The translations under genes were made by a program, and so were the position numbers. Positions 30,848 to 41,141 of a stretch of 64,000 nt of DNA are shown here, one piece after another. Source of the stretch: Candidatus Omnitrophota bacterium. GTDB taxonomy: Bacteria > Omnitrophota > Gorgyraeia > JAGLLT01. A model generated the notes under the pieces. That model was not told where the DNA came from and ran no database searches. It was given only the letters and a program-made list of their open reading frames with translations. The first letter of the stretch is position 1; each line of letters starts with the position of its first letter. The DNA lies in the NCBI GenBank assembly GCA_023140385.1, contig JAGLLT010000018.1, positions 6,071 to 70,070 on the forward strand, written 5' to 3'.

Positions 30848-32278
30848 ATGAAAACTATCCAAAGAATCGCGAAAAATACGGCTATTTTAACTGCGGCTGA
30901 GATAGTAAATAAAGCCTTATCTCTATTTTTATATATTGCCATTGCTAATTATTTAAGAGCCGCCGGCTATGGCCGGTTTTCGTTTATTATAGCGCTTTTG
31001 GCCCTCTTCCAAGTGCTGGCAAACTTTGGCCTTAATAAACTGATTATCAGAGATGTGGCCAAAAATAAAGAGATAACCCGCGCTTACGTATCTTTTATGA
31101 TGAAGCTTAAAGCCTTTTTTTCGTTAAGCGCGTATCTTATTTTTATTTTATCTGTTTGTTTGATGAAAAAACCACCGGAAGTTATTTTCGGGGCGTATTT
31201 GATAGGCCTCTCAATGATATTTATCAGCCTATCCAACGTTTATCTGTCTGTTTTTAATGCTCACGAGAAACTGGAAATAAATGCCATCTCTTTGATTTTA
31301 GTAAAGATAGTCATTGTGGGACTGGTAATTCTATTTATTAGCTTAAAAGGAAGCCTCTTGCTTATTTTGGGCGCCTTTGTCGCCGGCGAGGCTTTGAGAC
31401 TATTGGTACTTTGGCTGGTTTATGATAAAAGTTTTAAGTGTAAACTTTCAGAAGAAGTTGTTAAATTATCAGTAAAGAGGATTGTAAAAACTGCTTTCCC
31501 GTTTGTCCTGGCAGGAGTCGCCTCTTTGATATATATGCATGTCGATAAGATTATGATTTCTGTTATCAAAGGAGATAAAGCTGTCGGCTGGTATAGCGCC
31601 GCCTATACCCTTATCGTAGGGTTAATGTTTATTCCGCGCTGCTATACTCTTTCCGTTTTTCCCGCTATCTCTCGTTACGCGAAAAGTTCCAAGAGGCTAT
31701 TGAGTATTTCCTGGCAAAGATCAGTCAAATATCTTTTGATTATCTCTTTACCTATCGCGGCCGGCGTATTTATTTTAGCTGAGAGGTTTATAAATATTTT
31801 ATACCATAGCGGCTATGAAAATAGTACCGTTGCTTTAAAAATATTAATACTGGCTATACCATGGATTTTTGTAAATTCGATAAATATTTATTTGTTGTAC
31901 GCGGCAAATTTTCAAAAGCGGGCAATGTTTATAATTCTGGCCAGCGCTCTTTTAAACATAGTTTTAAATTTCATTTTTATTCCGCGTTTTAGTTATATAG
32001 GTGCCGCCTGGGCAACAGTTTTGGCGGAAGTTGCCAATAGCCTGATGCTCTTTATTTTTATATACACAGGTATGAATTTAAGAATAGAGATTCAGAACAC
32101 GCTTATTAAGCCGCTGGTAGCCGCCTTTTTTATGGGGACACTGATTTATTATTTCAGATCAGGTAACCTGATAATAATTATTGTGACGGCATCTATTTTA
32201 TACGCGGGCGCGCTTACTTTACTAAGGACATTTGATAGAGAAGATAGGGATATAGTAAAAAAAATAATTACGGCATAA
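30848..32278 (+). CDS. Oligosaccharide flippase (Wzx/MOP superfamily polysaccharide biosynthesis protein)
   Basis: 476 aa with about 12-14 TM segments. Conserved N-terminal motif of PST/Wzx-family flippases (KNTAILTAAEIVNKALS...YGRFSFI). Confidence 0.65.
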   Translation: MKTIQRIAKNTAILTAAEIVNKALSLFLYIAIANYLRAAGYGRFSFIIALLALFQVLANFGLNKLIIRDVAKNKEITRAYVSFMMKLKAFFSLSAYLIFILSVCLMKKPPEVIFGAYLIGLSMIFISLSNVYLSVFNAHEKLEINAISLILVKIVIVGLVILFISLKGSLLLILGAFVAGEALRLLVLWLVYDKSFKCKLSEEVVKLSVKRIVKTAFPFVLAGVASLIYMHVDKIMISVIKGDKAVGWYSAAYTLIVGLMFIPRCYTLSVFPAISRYAKSSKRLLSISWQRSVKYLLIISLPIAAGVFILAERFINILYHSGYENSTVALKILILAIPWIFVNSINIYLLYAANFQKRAMFIILASALLNIVLNFIFIPRFSYIGAAWATVLAEVANSLMLFIFIYTGMNLRIEIQNTLIKPLVAAFFMGTLIYYFRSGNLIIIIVTASILYAGALTLLRTFDREDRDIVKKIITA

Positions 32279-32324
32279 GGATACTTGCAATTAAATTATC
32301 TTTAAATAAATTTAGAATGAAAAG

Positions 32325-33797
32325 ATGAAAATTATTAAAGGCTTAATGGATAATAAAGGAACCTTAGCACAGAAAACAGCCAGAGGCGGGATCTGGGTAT
32401 TCGGCTCTTTTTTCTTTGCCAAGGTACTATTTTTTATCAGAACGGTTATTCTGGCCAGACTTCTCATCCCTAATGATTTTGGGATGATGGGCATTGCTAT
32501 TCTTGCAATGACAGGTATGCAGGTACTTACCGAGACCGGAATTGATCAGGCGATAATTCAAAAGAAAGGAGTTACCAAAGACGCACTTGATACCGCCTGG
32601 GTTATATCTGTTGCGCGCGGAATTATACTTTTTATCGTTCTCTATTTGTTATCTCCAGCTATTGCCGCTTTTTATAATAATCTTATGCTTGAACCTTTAC
32701 TAAAAGTGCTCTCTATTTCTTTTCTTTTTTTGGGGTTACAAAATATCGGTGTTGTCTTTTTTCAAAAAGAGTTAAACTTTAAAAAAAGAGCTTTGTTTAC
32801 CACTGCAACAGACGTTATAAATATAATTTTTACCGTGTTATTCGCGGTAATTCTAAAAAATGTTTGGGCTGTGGTAATTGGTTGTGTTGTCGGTAATTTG
32901 GCGAAGCTGATTATATCATATCGGATTCAAGCTTTTCGTCCTTGTTTTAAATTTAATCCGAAAGCTGCTAAAGAGTTACTGAAATTTGGAAAGCACGTTT
33001 TTGGGGCAAGCGTAATGATTTTTTTCGTTACTCAAGGAGATGATGCTTTGGTTGGTAAGATGTTAGGATTAGAAGCGCTTGGTTTATATGTTTTAGCCTA
33101 TAGCTTGTCCAATATGCCAACAACGGCGATTACGCATGTTATTTCCCAGGTGAGCTTTCCGGCCTATTCAAAAGTGCAGGATGACACTAAAAGGCTTGGG
33201 AGAGGGTACTTAAAAATATTAAAGTTTACCGCGTTATTAACTATACCCTTGGCAGCCGGACTTTTTATTTTGGCTCCCGAATTTATAAAGATAGTATACG
33301 GTGAAAAATGGCTGCCTATGCTTCCCGCGGTTTTGATTATGTGTTTCCTGGGTTTTTTCCGCGCCATCGGAGCGACGATGGGACCTGTTTTCTTTGCGGT
33401 TGGTAAACCGCACATCCAGCACAAGATAAAGTTATGTGAGTTGATAACAATGATTGTAATTATCTATCCGTTAATAAAGATGTTTGGCATCGTTGGCGCC
33501 GCCCTGGCCGGCACATTTGTCTATTTCTTAAGCTTAATATTGCATTATAATAATCTCATTAAAGTTATTAAGGGCATAAAACTTGAAATTTTTAAAACTA
33601 TAAGCAAGCCCTTAGTTTTGAGTTTACTGATGGCGGTTTTTATCTTTTTGCTAAAAAAGCACTTTCTTATATGTATAAATTTAAGCGGTTTATTTTTTCT
33701 CTCTATAGTTGGCTTAGTTTTTTATACAGCCTCAATCTTTTTTATTGATAAAGAGGGAATTGAATTTATGAAAACAACGATTAAACTTATCAAGTAA
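32325..33797 (+). CDS. Second Wzx-like flippase (MOP superfamily)
   Basis: 490 aa polytopic membrane protein. N-terminal motif and topology of the PST family (LAQKTARGGIWVFGS..., ...LGLEALGLY...). Confidence 0.65.
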   Translation: MKIIKGLMDNKGTLAQKTARGGIWVFGSFFFAKVLFFIRTVILARLLIPNDFGMMGIAILAMTGMQVLTETGIDQAIIQKKGVTKDALDTAWVISVARGIILFIVLYLLSPAIAAFYNNLMLEPLLKVLSISFLFLGLQNIGVVFFQKELNFKKRALFTTATDVINIIFTVLFAVILKNVWAVVIGCVVGNLAKLIISYRIQAFRPCFKFNPKAAKELLKFGKHVFGASVMIFFVTQGDDALVGKMLGLEALGLYVLAYSLSNMPTTAITHVISQVSFPAYSKVQDDTKRLGRGYLKILKFTALLTIPLAAGLFILAPEFIKIVYGEKWLPMLPAVLIMCFLGFFRAIGATMGPVFFAVGKPHIQHKIKLCELITMIVIIYPLIKMFGIVGAALAGTFVYFLSLILHYNNLIKVIKGIKLEIFKTISKPLVLSLLMAVFIFLLKKHFLICINLSGLFFLSIVGLVFYTASIFFIDKEGIEFMKTTIKLIK

Positions 33798-33809
33798 AAG
33801 GAATATATA

Positions 33810-35207
33810 ATGAAGTATGATTTAGAAGAACGTCCTCTAATTGAGTTTTCCGGCTTAGTAACGTTTTTTATAATTTTCTTTTCACTGGCCTTTGGAGTTA
33901 GCTTTTTATTCTTACCGTGGTATGTAGTTTTGGTTCTATTTACCGGGTTTGCTATTACTATAGGAATTGTGTTTAATCCGTTCATTGGTGTTCTGCTTTT
34001 TTTAGTAACTACATATGTTCATGTTATGGCTTTTGCTCCTGTCGAGCTTATTAAATCGCAGCCGGCAGTTATGGCAGGCGGCATTGTACTGCTTGCCTGG
34101 CTTTTTCATCTTATTATTTACAAAGATTTTAAGCTACCCAGGTCTCCGCAGTTTTTATGCGTGATTGGCCTTACTCTTATGGGGTTTTTTTCCGTAATTT
34201 TTCATTTAAACGAATACGAAAACTTTTTTTTGGTTTTTCATTTTATTAAGATGTTAATACTGTACTTTTTGGTAACTAACTTGATAAAAACCGAAAAGCA
34301 GTTATACGTTTCACTTACTGTAATATTAATATTAACTTTCGGTACCGCCCTTTCCGGCGTTATGCAGTATTTACAGAGCGAAGCAACTATAGAGGTTGAT
34401 AGAGTCGCGGGTTTTGAAGGCAACCCGAATGCCCTGGCAATAAATTTAGTTTTTATAATTCCCTTTATCGTAGGCCTTATTCAATATTTTTCCTCTTTGA
34501 AATTAAAAGCATTGCTCTTGTGCGTTTTTCTTATTGTATTATCTGGTATTGTTTTTACATTTTCCCGGGCGGGCTTTCTCGCTCTGGCTGTGGTTTTTCC
34601 GATAAGTTTATGGAGATTTTCGAAGAGGCGGAATAGAATATGGCTGATAATAGTGTTTATTGTTTTTCTTGGCCTATTGATTCCTTTTTTACCTGAGCAG
34701 TACTGGGAAAGAATTCAGTCAATAACTGATTTTAGCGATGTAAGTATTATTGGCAGGCTGGATAGTTATCGTATCGGCTGGCAAATGATAAAAGATAATC
34801 CCTTTCTTGGAATTGGCCCGGGAAGATGGGCTTATAAGTATGTAGCTTACGCGGCAAAACTAATAGGAATTACAACTTATAACTGGTGCCCTTTTAATGT
34901 ATTTATTGAAACAGGAGCGGAAAACGGCCTCTTTGCTTTAGGATTCTATGTTTTTATTATCTTTTTCTCATTTAAAGAACTGAATAAGGCTAAGATTATT
35001 TTTGAAAAGAAGGGCAAGTTATTGCTATCAAAAGCATCGCAAGCTTTTTCAATAACCTTAATTGGATTTTTGGTAAATACAATCTTTGAAGCGGGACTGG
35101 GATTAAAAGTGTTTTGGATTATTGCAGGGCTTTCTGTTGTACTTAAAGAGGTCGCTTTAAATTTAGAACTTAATACTTCAATTAATACTTTTAAAACGAA
35201 TGGATAA
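33810..35207 (+). CDS. O-antigen ligase / Wzy-like polymerase family protein (exosortase-associated O-glycosylation-ligase-like)
   Basis: 465 aa multi-TM protein with the Wzy_C-type loop motif (FTFSRAGFLALAVVF...GIGPGRW...H). Confidence 0.65.
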   Translation: MKYDLEERPLIEFSGLVTFFIIFFSLAFGVSFLFLPWYVVLVLFTGFAITIGIVFNPFIGVLLFLVTTYVHVMAFAPVELIKSQPAVMAGGIVLLAWLFHLIIYKDFKLPRSPQFLCVIGLTLMGFFSVIFHLNEYENFFLVFHFIKMLILYFLVTNLIKTEKQLYVSLTVILILTFGTALSGVMQYLQSEATIEVDRVAGFEGNPNALAINLVFIIPFIVGLIQYFSSLKLKALLLCVFLIVLSGIVFTFSRAGFLALAVVFPISLWRFSKRRNRIWLIIVFIVFLGLLIPFLPEQYWERIQSITDFSDVSIIGRLDSYRIGWQMIKDNPFLGIGPGRWAYKYVAYAAKLIGITTYNWCPFNVFIETGAENGLFALGFYVFIIFFSFKELNKAKIIFEKKGKLLLSKASQAFSITLIGFLVNTIFEAGLGLKVFWIIAGLSVVLKEVALNLELNTSINTFKTNG

Positions 35208-36372
35208 AATAAATATTGCGCACATAACAACTCCCAGGAGGGATCAACTTTCAGGCTCTGATAGAGTAATTTTGTCTATTTTATCAAAGTCAGACAAGAA
35301 AAAATTTAATCATATTGTTTTCTGTTTAACGCACAGGGAAAATAAAGGGTACTTATTAATTGAAGAAGTAAAAAAAATAGGCGCAACGGTAGAGACAATA
35401 ATTTTAAAATGGCGGTTTGACATAAGAGCTTTTTGTATATTAAGAAGTTTATTAAAGAAATATAACATTAGTATTTTGCAGACTTATGAGTATAAAAGTA
35501 ATTTTATAGCTTTATTTTCAACTTTTTTTATCAAGGCTAAAAAAATTGCCCGCATCGGCGGCTGGTTAGGCTTTGGCTTAAGTATTAAGAGTTGTAACTT
35601 AGATAGAAAAGCCTTTATTTATGAGTTGATAGATTCTTTTGTGAGAAAATGTTTTGATAGAGTTGTTGTTGTGTCGACAGAAATTAAAGATAAACTTGTA
35701 GCTCAGAGGTGTGCAAAAGATAAAATAGTTTTAATACATAATGGTACTGATTTGGATGAATACTATCAAAATTCAGCTGATTCAACAAATGTAAAAAAGA
35801 CCTTAAGCATTAAATCCGGCGCTAAGATTATAGGTACGATAGGCCGCCTGACAATTGAAAAGGGGCACAGGTATTTACTGGAGGCAGCCGTTGAGGTGCT
35901 GCAAAAATACCCCGATGCAAAATTTGTTATTGTAGGTGAAGGTGAACTCAAGCGCGCATTATTTGACTACTCGAAAAAGTTGGGAATTGAACACAGTATA
36001 ATTTTTACAGGTTTTTCTGAAAATGTGGGTAAATATTTGTCTATTATGGACATCTTCGTTTTTCCGTCCATATGGGAAGGTTTTGGGATAGTGGTGATTG
36101 AGGCGATGGCCGCCGGCATTCCGGTAATTGCTACTAAAGTGGGAGGCATCCCTGATATTATAGAAAACAACGAAACTGGTATTTTGGTGGAAGCTAAAAA
36201 TTCACCGCAACTAACCAAGGCGATAAACCTGTTATTGTCAGATGGGGAAAAATGTGAATTTTTTAAAAATAACGCAAAAAAAATTGTTAGAGATAAATTC
36301 TCCTCAAAAGTAATGATAGAAAAATATGAAGAAATGTATAACAATCTTGTAGCGACCTATGGAAATATTTAA
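35200..36372 (+). CDS. Glycosyltransferase family 4 (GT-B)
   Basis: C-terminal GT4 motif FVFPSIWEGFGIVVIEAMAAGIPVIATKVGGIPDII with the E-x7-E motif. Confidence 0.8.
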   Translation: MDKINIAHITTPRRDQLSGSDRVILSILSKSDKKKFNHIVFCLTHRENKGYLLIEEVKKIGATVETIILKWRFDIRAFCILRSLLKKYNISILQTYEYKSNFIALFSTFFIKAKKIARIGGWLGFGLSIKSCNLDRKAFIYELIDSFVRKCFDRVVVVSTEIKDKLVAQRCAKDKIVLIHNGTDLDEYYQNSADSTNVKKTLSIKSGAKIIGTIGRLTIEKGHRYLLEAAVEVLQKYPDAKFVIVGEGELKRALFDYSKKLGIEHSIIFTGFSENVGKYLSIMDIFVFPSIWEGFGIVVIEAMAAGIPVIATKVGGIPDIIENNETGILVEAKNSPQLTKAINLLLSDGEKCEFFKNNAKKIVRDKFSSKVMIEKYEEMYNNLVATYGNI

Positions 36373-37477
36373 ATATAAAAAAAGGAAAATTTTAGTAATT
36401 TCTATGCAGGGCATTGGCGATCTCCTGCTAATTACCCCTGCTTTGTCTTTATTGCGTAGAAACTTTCCACAGTCTATCATTTCTGTTCTTGTGTTGTCTA
36501 ACGCAAAAGATATAATTCTTGGGAATCCGGATATTGATAGAGTGATAATATACGATCATAAGAAAAAAAGCATTTTTGCAATATTAAAATTTATCTTGAA
36601 GCTTAGAAAGGAAGGCTTTAACTTATCAATTTGTGCTTATCCTAGCGGCCTTCGCGCAATCTTTGTTGGTTTTTTAACAGGCGCTCCTTTACGCATTGGG
36701 CAAAATTTAGTATGTGTAAAAAAAATCCCCTTTTTACTTACGCATAAAATAGATGTTATCAAAGTTAAGCATGCTGTTGATATGAATATTGACCTTATTA
36801 AAACCTTAGGACAAGTGTCCAACGATAAAAAAAAGCAACTAGTTATGCCTATAAATCAAACAGATACAGAATTTGTTCTTCGATACAAGCGGAGGCATGA
36901 CATAAGCGACACTAATATTTTTATTTGTATCCATCCGGGTGTTAGCAAACTGGGGGAGTCTAGAAGATGGCCTTTGGATAAATTTATTAAACTATCTGAC
37001 AGATTAGTCGAAGAGTACAACGCAAGAATTGTTTTTATTGGGATAGAAGATGACAGAGCGGCATTAAATGAAATTAACGGAACTATGAACAAAAAACAAT
37101 TAGTAGTTGTTAACTGGCCTATAAAAAGAGTTTCTGCTTTAATAAAAAGTTGCGATCTTTTTATAGGTAATAACTCAGGCCCGATGCACATTGCCGCTGC
37201 CGTGAAAACTACAACTATAGGACTTTTTGGTGATACTGATCCTCGTATCCATGGGCCGTATGGAGAAAATAACATTGTAGTAAGAAAAAACTTGAACTGT
37301 AGCCCATGCTTCTATCCTTTTTTGCATGGAACGCTTGATTGCGCCAGATTAGACAGGTGTATTGGCAGAGGCAGGCCTAAGTGCATTAAGAGTGAATTTG
37401 AGTGCATGAAAAGTATCGAAGTTGATGATGTGCTGAAGGAAGTAAAAAAAATAGAATCAGTGTGGAAACGTACATAA
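36359..37477 (+). CDS. Glycosyltransferase family 9 (heptosyltransferase-like) with a Cys-rich C-terminal tail
   Basis: GT9 motifs ISMQGIGDLLL near the N-terminus and FIGNNSGPMHIAAA. The C-terminal about 45 aa hold six Cys (CSPC...DC...RC...KC...EC). Confidence 0.65.
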   Translation: MEIFKYKKRKILVISMQGIGDLLLITPALSLLRRNFPQSIISVLVLSNAKDIILGNPDIDRVIIYDHKKKSIFAILKFILKLRKEGFNLSICAYPSGLRAIFVGFLTGAPLRIGQNLVCVKKIPFLLTHKIDVIKVKHAVDMNIDLIKTLGQVSNDKKKQLVMPINQTDTEFVLRYKRRHDISDTNIFICIHPGVSKLGESRRWPLDKFIKLSDRLVEEYNARIVFIGIEDDRAALNEINGTMNKKQLVVVNWPIKRVSALIKSCDLFIGNNSGPMHIAAAVKTTTIGLFGDTDPRIHGPYGENNIVVRKNLNCSPCFYPFLHGTLDCARLDRCIGRGRPKCIKSEFECMKSIEVDDVLKEVKKIESVWKRT

Positions 37478-37504
37478 TGCAAATATAGTTACCAACAGGA
37501 GAGA

Positions 37505-39790
37505 GTGATAGTGGTTAGAGCTTATAAGAAAACAAGAGTTTTTCTTGCTTTAGCAATTATAGTTACTATTGTTTCTTGTTTCTCCCGTGTTATGCGCGGA
37601 GGAACTGAAAATCAGCCGCCTTTATGTGAAGATATGAATCAGCTTATCCCCATGCCTCAAGAATTTCTTTATAAGGGAACTGAAGTTGCCTTAGACGGCA
37701 ATTGGGATATTTTAGTTGATATATTTGATGAAAATGATTTCTTTGCGGCTATGGAACTCCGAAAAGAACTGCGCAAAACGCATAACCTGTCTCTGGCAGT
37801 AAAAGCTATAAACAATAATTTGTCATCTGAAAATAACCATATAATGCTGGTAAATCTTAGAAAAAATGAGAAGACAATTCCTTTTTGTTTGAATAAAGGC
37901 ATCTATTTTGACAAAACCTTGCCGGAAGAAGGATATATCTTAGAAGTGTTTAGCGACAGTATCATTATTGCGGCAGGGAGCGGCTCCGGCGTATTTTACG
38001 GGGCGCAGTCATTGAAACAATTGATTAAAAGCGAAGAGGATTTAGTTGTTGTTCCCGAAGTAAAAATTAAAGATTGGCCGGATTCCAAAATAAGGGGAGT
38101 TCATCTCTGCGGCATTGGTTTGTCCGATATGTACGATGTAATTAATAAAATAGCCGCCCTAAAAATGAATACGGCCATAATTGAAAGAGATTTCTGGTAC
38201 GATTTTCGTTTAAAAAAAATAAACGATCTGGTTAATTACGAAAAGTTTTTTGACTATTGCAGAGAACGTCATATCAATCCTGTTCCAAACATACATAATT
38301 TTGGAATTTCTTCTTTTGTGTTAAAAGAAGATCCGCATTGCGCGGAAGGAATTTGGGTGCAAGATGAAAAGTTTGAATTTGTTGACAACATGGCCCGCCC
38401 GATTATAGCGCTGGATGTTGAAATAAAAAATCCTGGCTTCGAAAAAAATGGCGGACAGAATGTTCCCGAGGGCTGGGAATTTCGCACCGACTTGCTTAAT
38501 TCAATTAATTACTGGTTATGGGATGACAGCGTCGCGCATACTGGCACTTATTCTGCAAAGGTTTCTCTGGATAGCCAGGGTTCAAGCAACTCTTTGTTGC
38601 AAAAATGCCAAGTTACGCCTCGAGCGGCGTATAGCCTTACATTTTACGCAAAAAGATCTCCTGATGGTAGTCAGGGGTATCCGATAGCTATGCGTATCTC
38701 TCAGCGAGATAAATACAACAGGCCCATCGTAAAAAATTATTACCCAGTGAAAAGTAAGCGCTGGCAAAAGCATATTTTTAATTTTATTACCGAACCGGAC
38801 TGCGTGTCGATTCATATTATTCCAAGTATTGTTTCTGGTAAAGGAGCAGCGTGGTTTGACGATTTAGAACTCAAAAGGATGAATGGTAGTTTGATTAATG
38901 TTATTCAAACAGAAACTTCAAATATTATTATCACAAATTTGGATAAAACTAAGATCTATATAGAAGGAATAGACTATAAAGTTGAAGATGGAGATATGAG
39001 ATATTGGGATATTGATGAAGGAGATGCTTACCCGTATGATTTTAGATATCGCGCGCCGACCAAAATTAAGAGATTGCCGAATGGCAGGATAAAAGAAAAG
39101 GAGAAAGTTTTATTAAATTATAATTTTGTTTTACAACTTAATCCCTGTTACTGGAAATCTACATATTGTCCCGGAGAACCAAGGACGTATGAAATTGTGT
39201 TTCAGGCCATAAGAGGTTTAATGGAGAGCGCTCTTAATATTGATGCTATCGTTATCGGGGACTCTGAGGTGTTTGGTATGAACAGAGATTCAAGGTCGTT
39301 AAAAGAGGGCAAAAGCAATGCCGAACTGTTAAGTTACGATATAAACAAGATATGCAATTTTATTTATAGCCTGAAACCCAATATGAAAATTTTTCTATAT
39401 GATGACATGCTTAACCCTCATCATTTTGGAGGGCAAAAGTTGTTGCAAATGATATATGGCGGCAGGATGAAAGGGGGTACGGCTGAAGCGATAAAGTCAA
39501 TCCCTAAAAATGTAGTTCCTATTGTCTGGTGGTATAAAGGGGATGATGAGCTGCATAAAATGAAAAAAAGCCCGTCATATTTTAAAGCTAATGGATTTGA
39601 CTATATGGTGGCTACCGCATACGATAAAGAAAACATACATAAATGGGCAGATATTATCTCGAAGAGAAAAGACTGTTTGGGTGTAATCAATACAAATTGG
39701 CCAAATACCCCGCCTGAATATAAATGGGGAGGCTTAAAGTTGACCGCCGGCTATTCATGGAATTATAAAAGTAGAAGTTATACTAAATAG
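37505..39790 (+). CDS. Glycoside hydrolase-like protein with GH20-type N-terminal/TIM-barrel signatures and an inserted CBM4/9-like module
   Basis: Signal peptide/TM. GH20-like start (GSGSGVFYGAQSLKQLI ... KIRGVHL) and a divergent acid motif VIGDSEV where HIGGDEV is expected. A central jelly-roll-like module begins NPGFEKNGGQNVPEGWEF. The call is tentative. Confidence 0.4.
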   Translation: MIVVRAYKKTRVFLALAIIVTIVSCFSRVMRGGTENQPPLCEDMNQLIPMPQEFLYKGTEVALDGNWDILVDIFDENDFFAAMELRKELRKTHNLSLAVKAINNNLSSENNHIMLVNLRKNEKTIPFCLNKGIYFDKTLPEEGYILEVFSDSIIIAAGSGSGVFYGAQSLKQLIKSEEDLVVVPEVKIKDWPDSKIRGVHLCGIGLSDMYDVINKIAALKMNTAIIERDFWYDFRLKKINDLVNYEKFFDYCRERHINPVPNIHNFGISSFVLKEDPHCAEGIWVQDEKFEFVDNMARPIIALDVEIKNPGFEKNGGQNVPEGWEFRTDLLNSINYWLWDDSVAHTGTYSAKVSLDSQGSSNSLLQKCQVTPRAAYSLTFYAKRSPDGSQGYPIAMRISQRDKYNRPIVKNYYPVKSKRWQKHIFNFITEPDCVSIHIIPSIVSGKGAAWFDDLELKRMNGSLINVIQTETSNIIITNLDKTKIYIEGIDYKVEDGDMRYWDIDEGDAYPYDFRYRAPTKIKRLPNGRIKEKEKVLLNYNFVLQLNPCYWKSTYCPGEPRTYEIVFQAIRGLMESALNIDAIVIGDSEVFGMNRDSRSLKEGKSNAELLSYDINKICNFIYSLKPNMKIFLYDDMLNPHHFGGQKLLQMIYGGRMKGGTAEAIKSIPKNVVPIVWWYKGDDELHKMKKSPSYFKANGFDYMVATAYDKENIHKWADIISKRKDCLGVINTNWPNTPPEYKWGGLKLTAGYSWNYKSRSYTK

Positions 39791-39837
39791 CATTTCAGAT
39801 ATTAAGCGAAGAGCATTGTTTTTATTATTGCGGGAGA

Positions 39838-41082
39838 ATGTTAATGAGACTACTATACCTAACCCTGATGGCATCACTTAAAGATGAGAGTGATATCAGT
39901 ATGTTTAGGGATGCGGGGTATGAGGTTTTTGTACTAAATGCAGATAAAAGCCGCAACTTTAATGAATTAAGCGGCTTGCCAGGTTTTAAGGAAATAATTA
40001 ATTTATACGAAATAAGAAAAGGACGCTTTTCTAATTTGAAAGTAAATACCAAGCGCCTTTTAAAGAAAACATTAAAACCTCTTATGCTTGATAAATGTTG
40101 TTTTTTAATGAAACTCCGGGAACGAATAATGAAAAAGCAGCTTTTAAAAAATGATAACAAACTAATGAAGATGCTCGCGGATATATTAAAACAGTATAAG
40201 ATTGAGGTAGTTTATTCTAGTTGGAGCATTACTTGTTTTAAAGAGATAAAAGCAATTCAAGGGTGCGGCGTGAAAGTACCCATTATTTTAAATATTGAAA
40301 CATACCCATTTTTTATTATAAATACGGTAGGACAAACTTATAAAGAAGATCAAATATTTAAAAATATAATTGAAAAGCTTGATGGAAGAATACACTGTAC
40401 GGAAGTTATGTATAGCTATTTTAATCGTCAATTCAATTTAAAGGATCATGGAAAGGACTTAAAAGCCATCAGCTATTTTCGCCAAAACTATCATTGCGGC
40501 ATAGAACGCACCCCTCTATCAAGAAAAGACAAGGAGCCGCATATTGTTTTTATTGGCACCACCGGGTTTTCAGAGCGCACTATTGATGATGTCAGCAGGC
40601 AAATTTACCAAATTGCTGACAAAGGTATCCACGTACATATTGGGAAGCCTGACATCAATATGAAAAAGCATCCATATCTTCATATCTTTCCACTATTTAA
40701 CAAAATGGATATTGTTAATGGCAATTTTGCCGCTTTCATGACACAGTTCGATGCCTGTGCCGTTCTTTATAATATTAACAAGAAGTATTCGCGTTTTAAC
40801 AATAGTGTTCCCATGCGGTTTCTCTTTGCAATTTGCGCCGAAATACCAATTGTCCTGCCGAGGGGTTACTTTGGCAGTTGCGAAGAAATTATTAACAAAT
40901 ACAAAATTGGCTTTTCATATGCCAACCCAGATGAACTTAAAATGAAAATATCAAATAAAAATTTTATGTTTGAATGCAAAAACAGTATAAAAAAAATTGC
41001 GCCGCTATTAACATTCGAAAATCAATTTTCTGTTTTTGACGCGTTTATAAAAGCGGTTGTTAAGGAAAAAGCAAAGGAATGA
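39838..41082 (+). CDS. Hypothetical protein, possibly a divergent GT-B fold glycosyltransferase
   Basis: 414 aa. N-terminal MRLLYLT-like start and a Rossmann-like C-terminal half. No canonical GT4 E-x7-E motif found. Confidence 0.3.
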   Translation: MLMRLLYLTLMASLKDESDISMFRDAGYEVFVLNADKSRNFNELSGLPGFKEIINLYEIRKGRFSNLKVNTKRLLKKTLKPLMLDKCCFLMKLRERIMKKQLLKNDNKLMKMLADILKQYKIEVVYSSWSITCFKEIKAIQGCGVKVPIILNIETYPFFIINTVGQTYKEDQIFKNIIEKLDGRIHCTEVMYSYFNRQFNLKDHGKDLKAISYFRQNYHCGIERTPLSRKDKEPHIVFIGTTGFSERTIDDVSRQIYQIADKGIHVHIGKPDINMKKHPYLHIFPLFNKMDIVNGNFAAFMTQFDACAVLYNINKKYSRFNNSVPMRFLFAICAEIPIVLPRGYFGSCEEIINKYKIGFSYANPDELKMKISNKNFMFECKNSIKKIAPLLTFENQFSVFDAFIKAVVKEKAKE

Positions 41083-41141
41083 AGGGAGGCCTCTAATTCA
41101 AATATTTGCGCAAAATTTAGAATTTGAATTAGCGGAGTATT

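Noticed and set aside
38448-38687. 79-aa + strand ORF inside the GH20-like gene
   Set aside because: It is an alternative frame within a longer, better-supported ORF, with no RBS or family signal.
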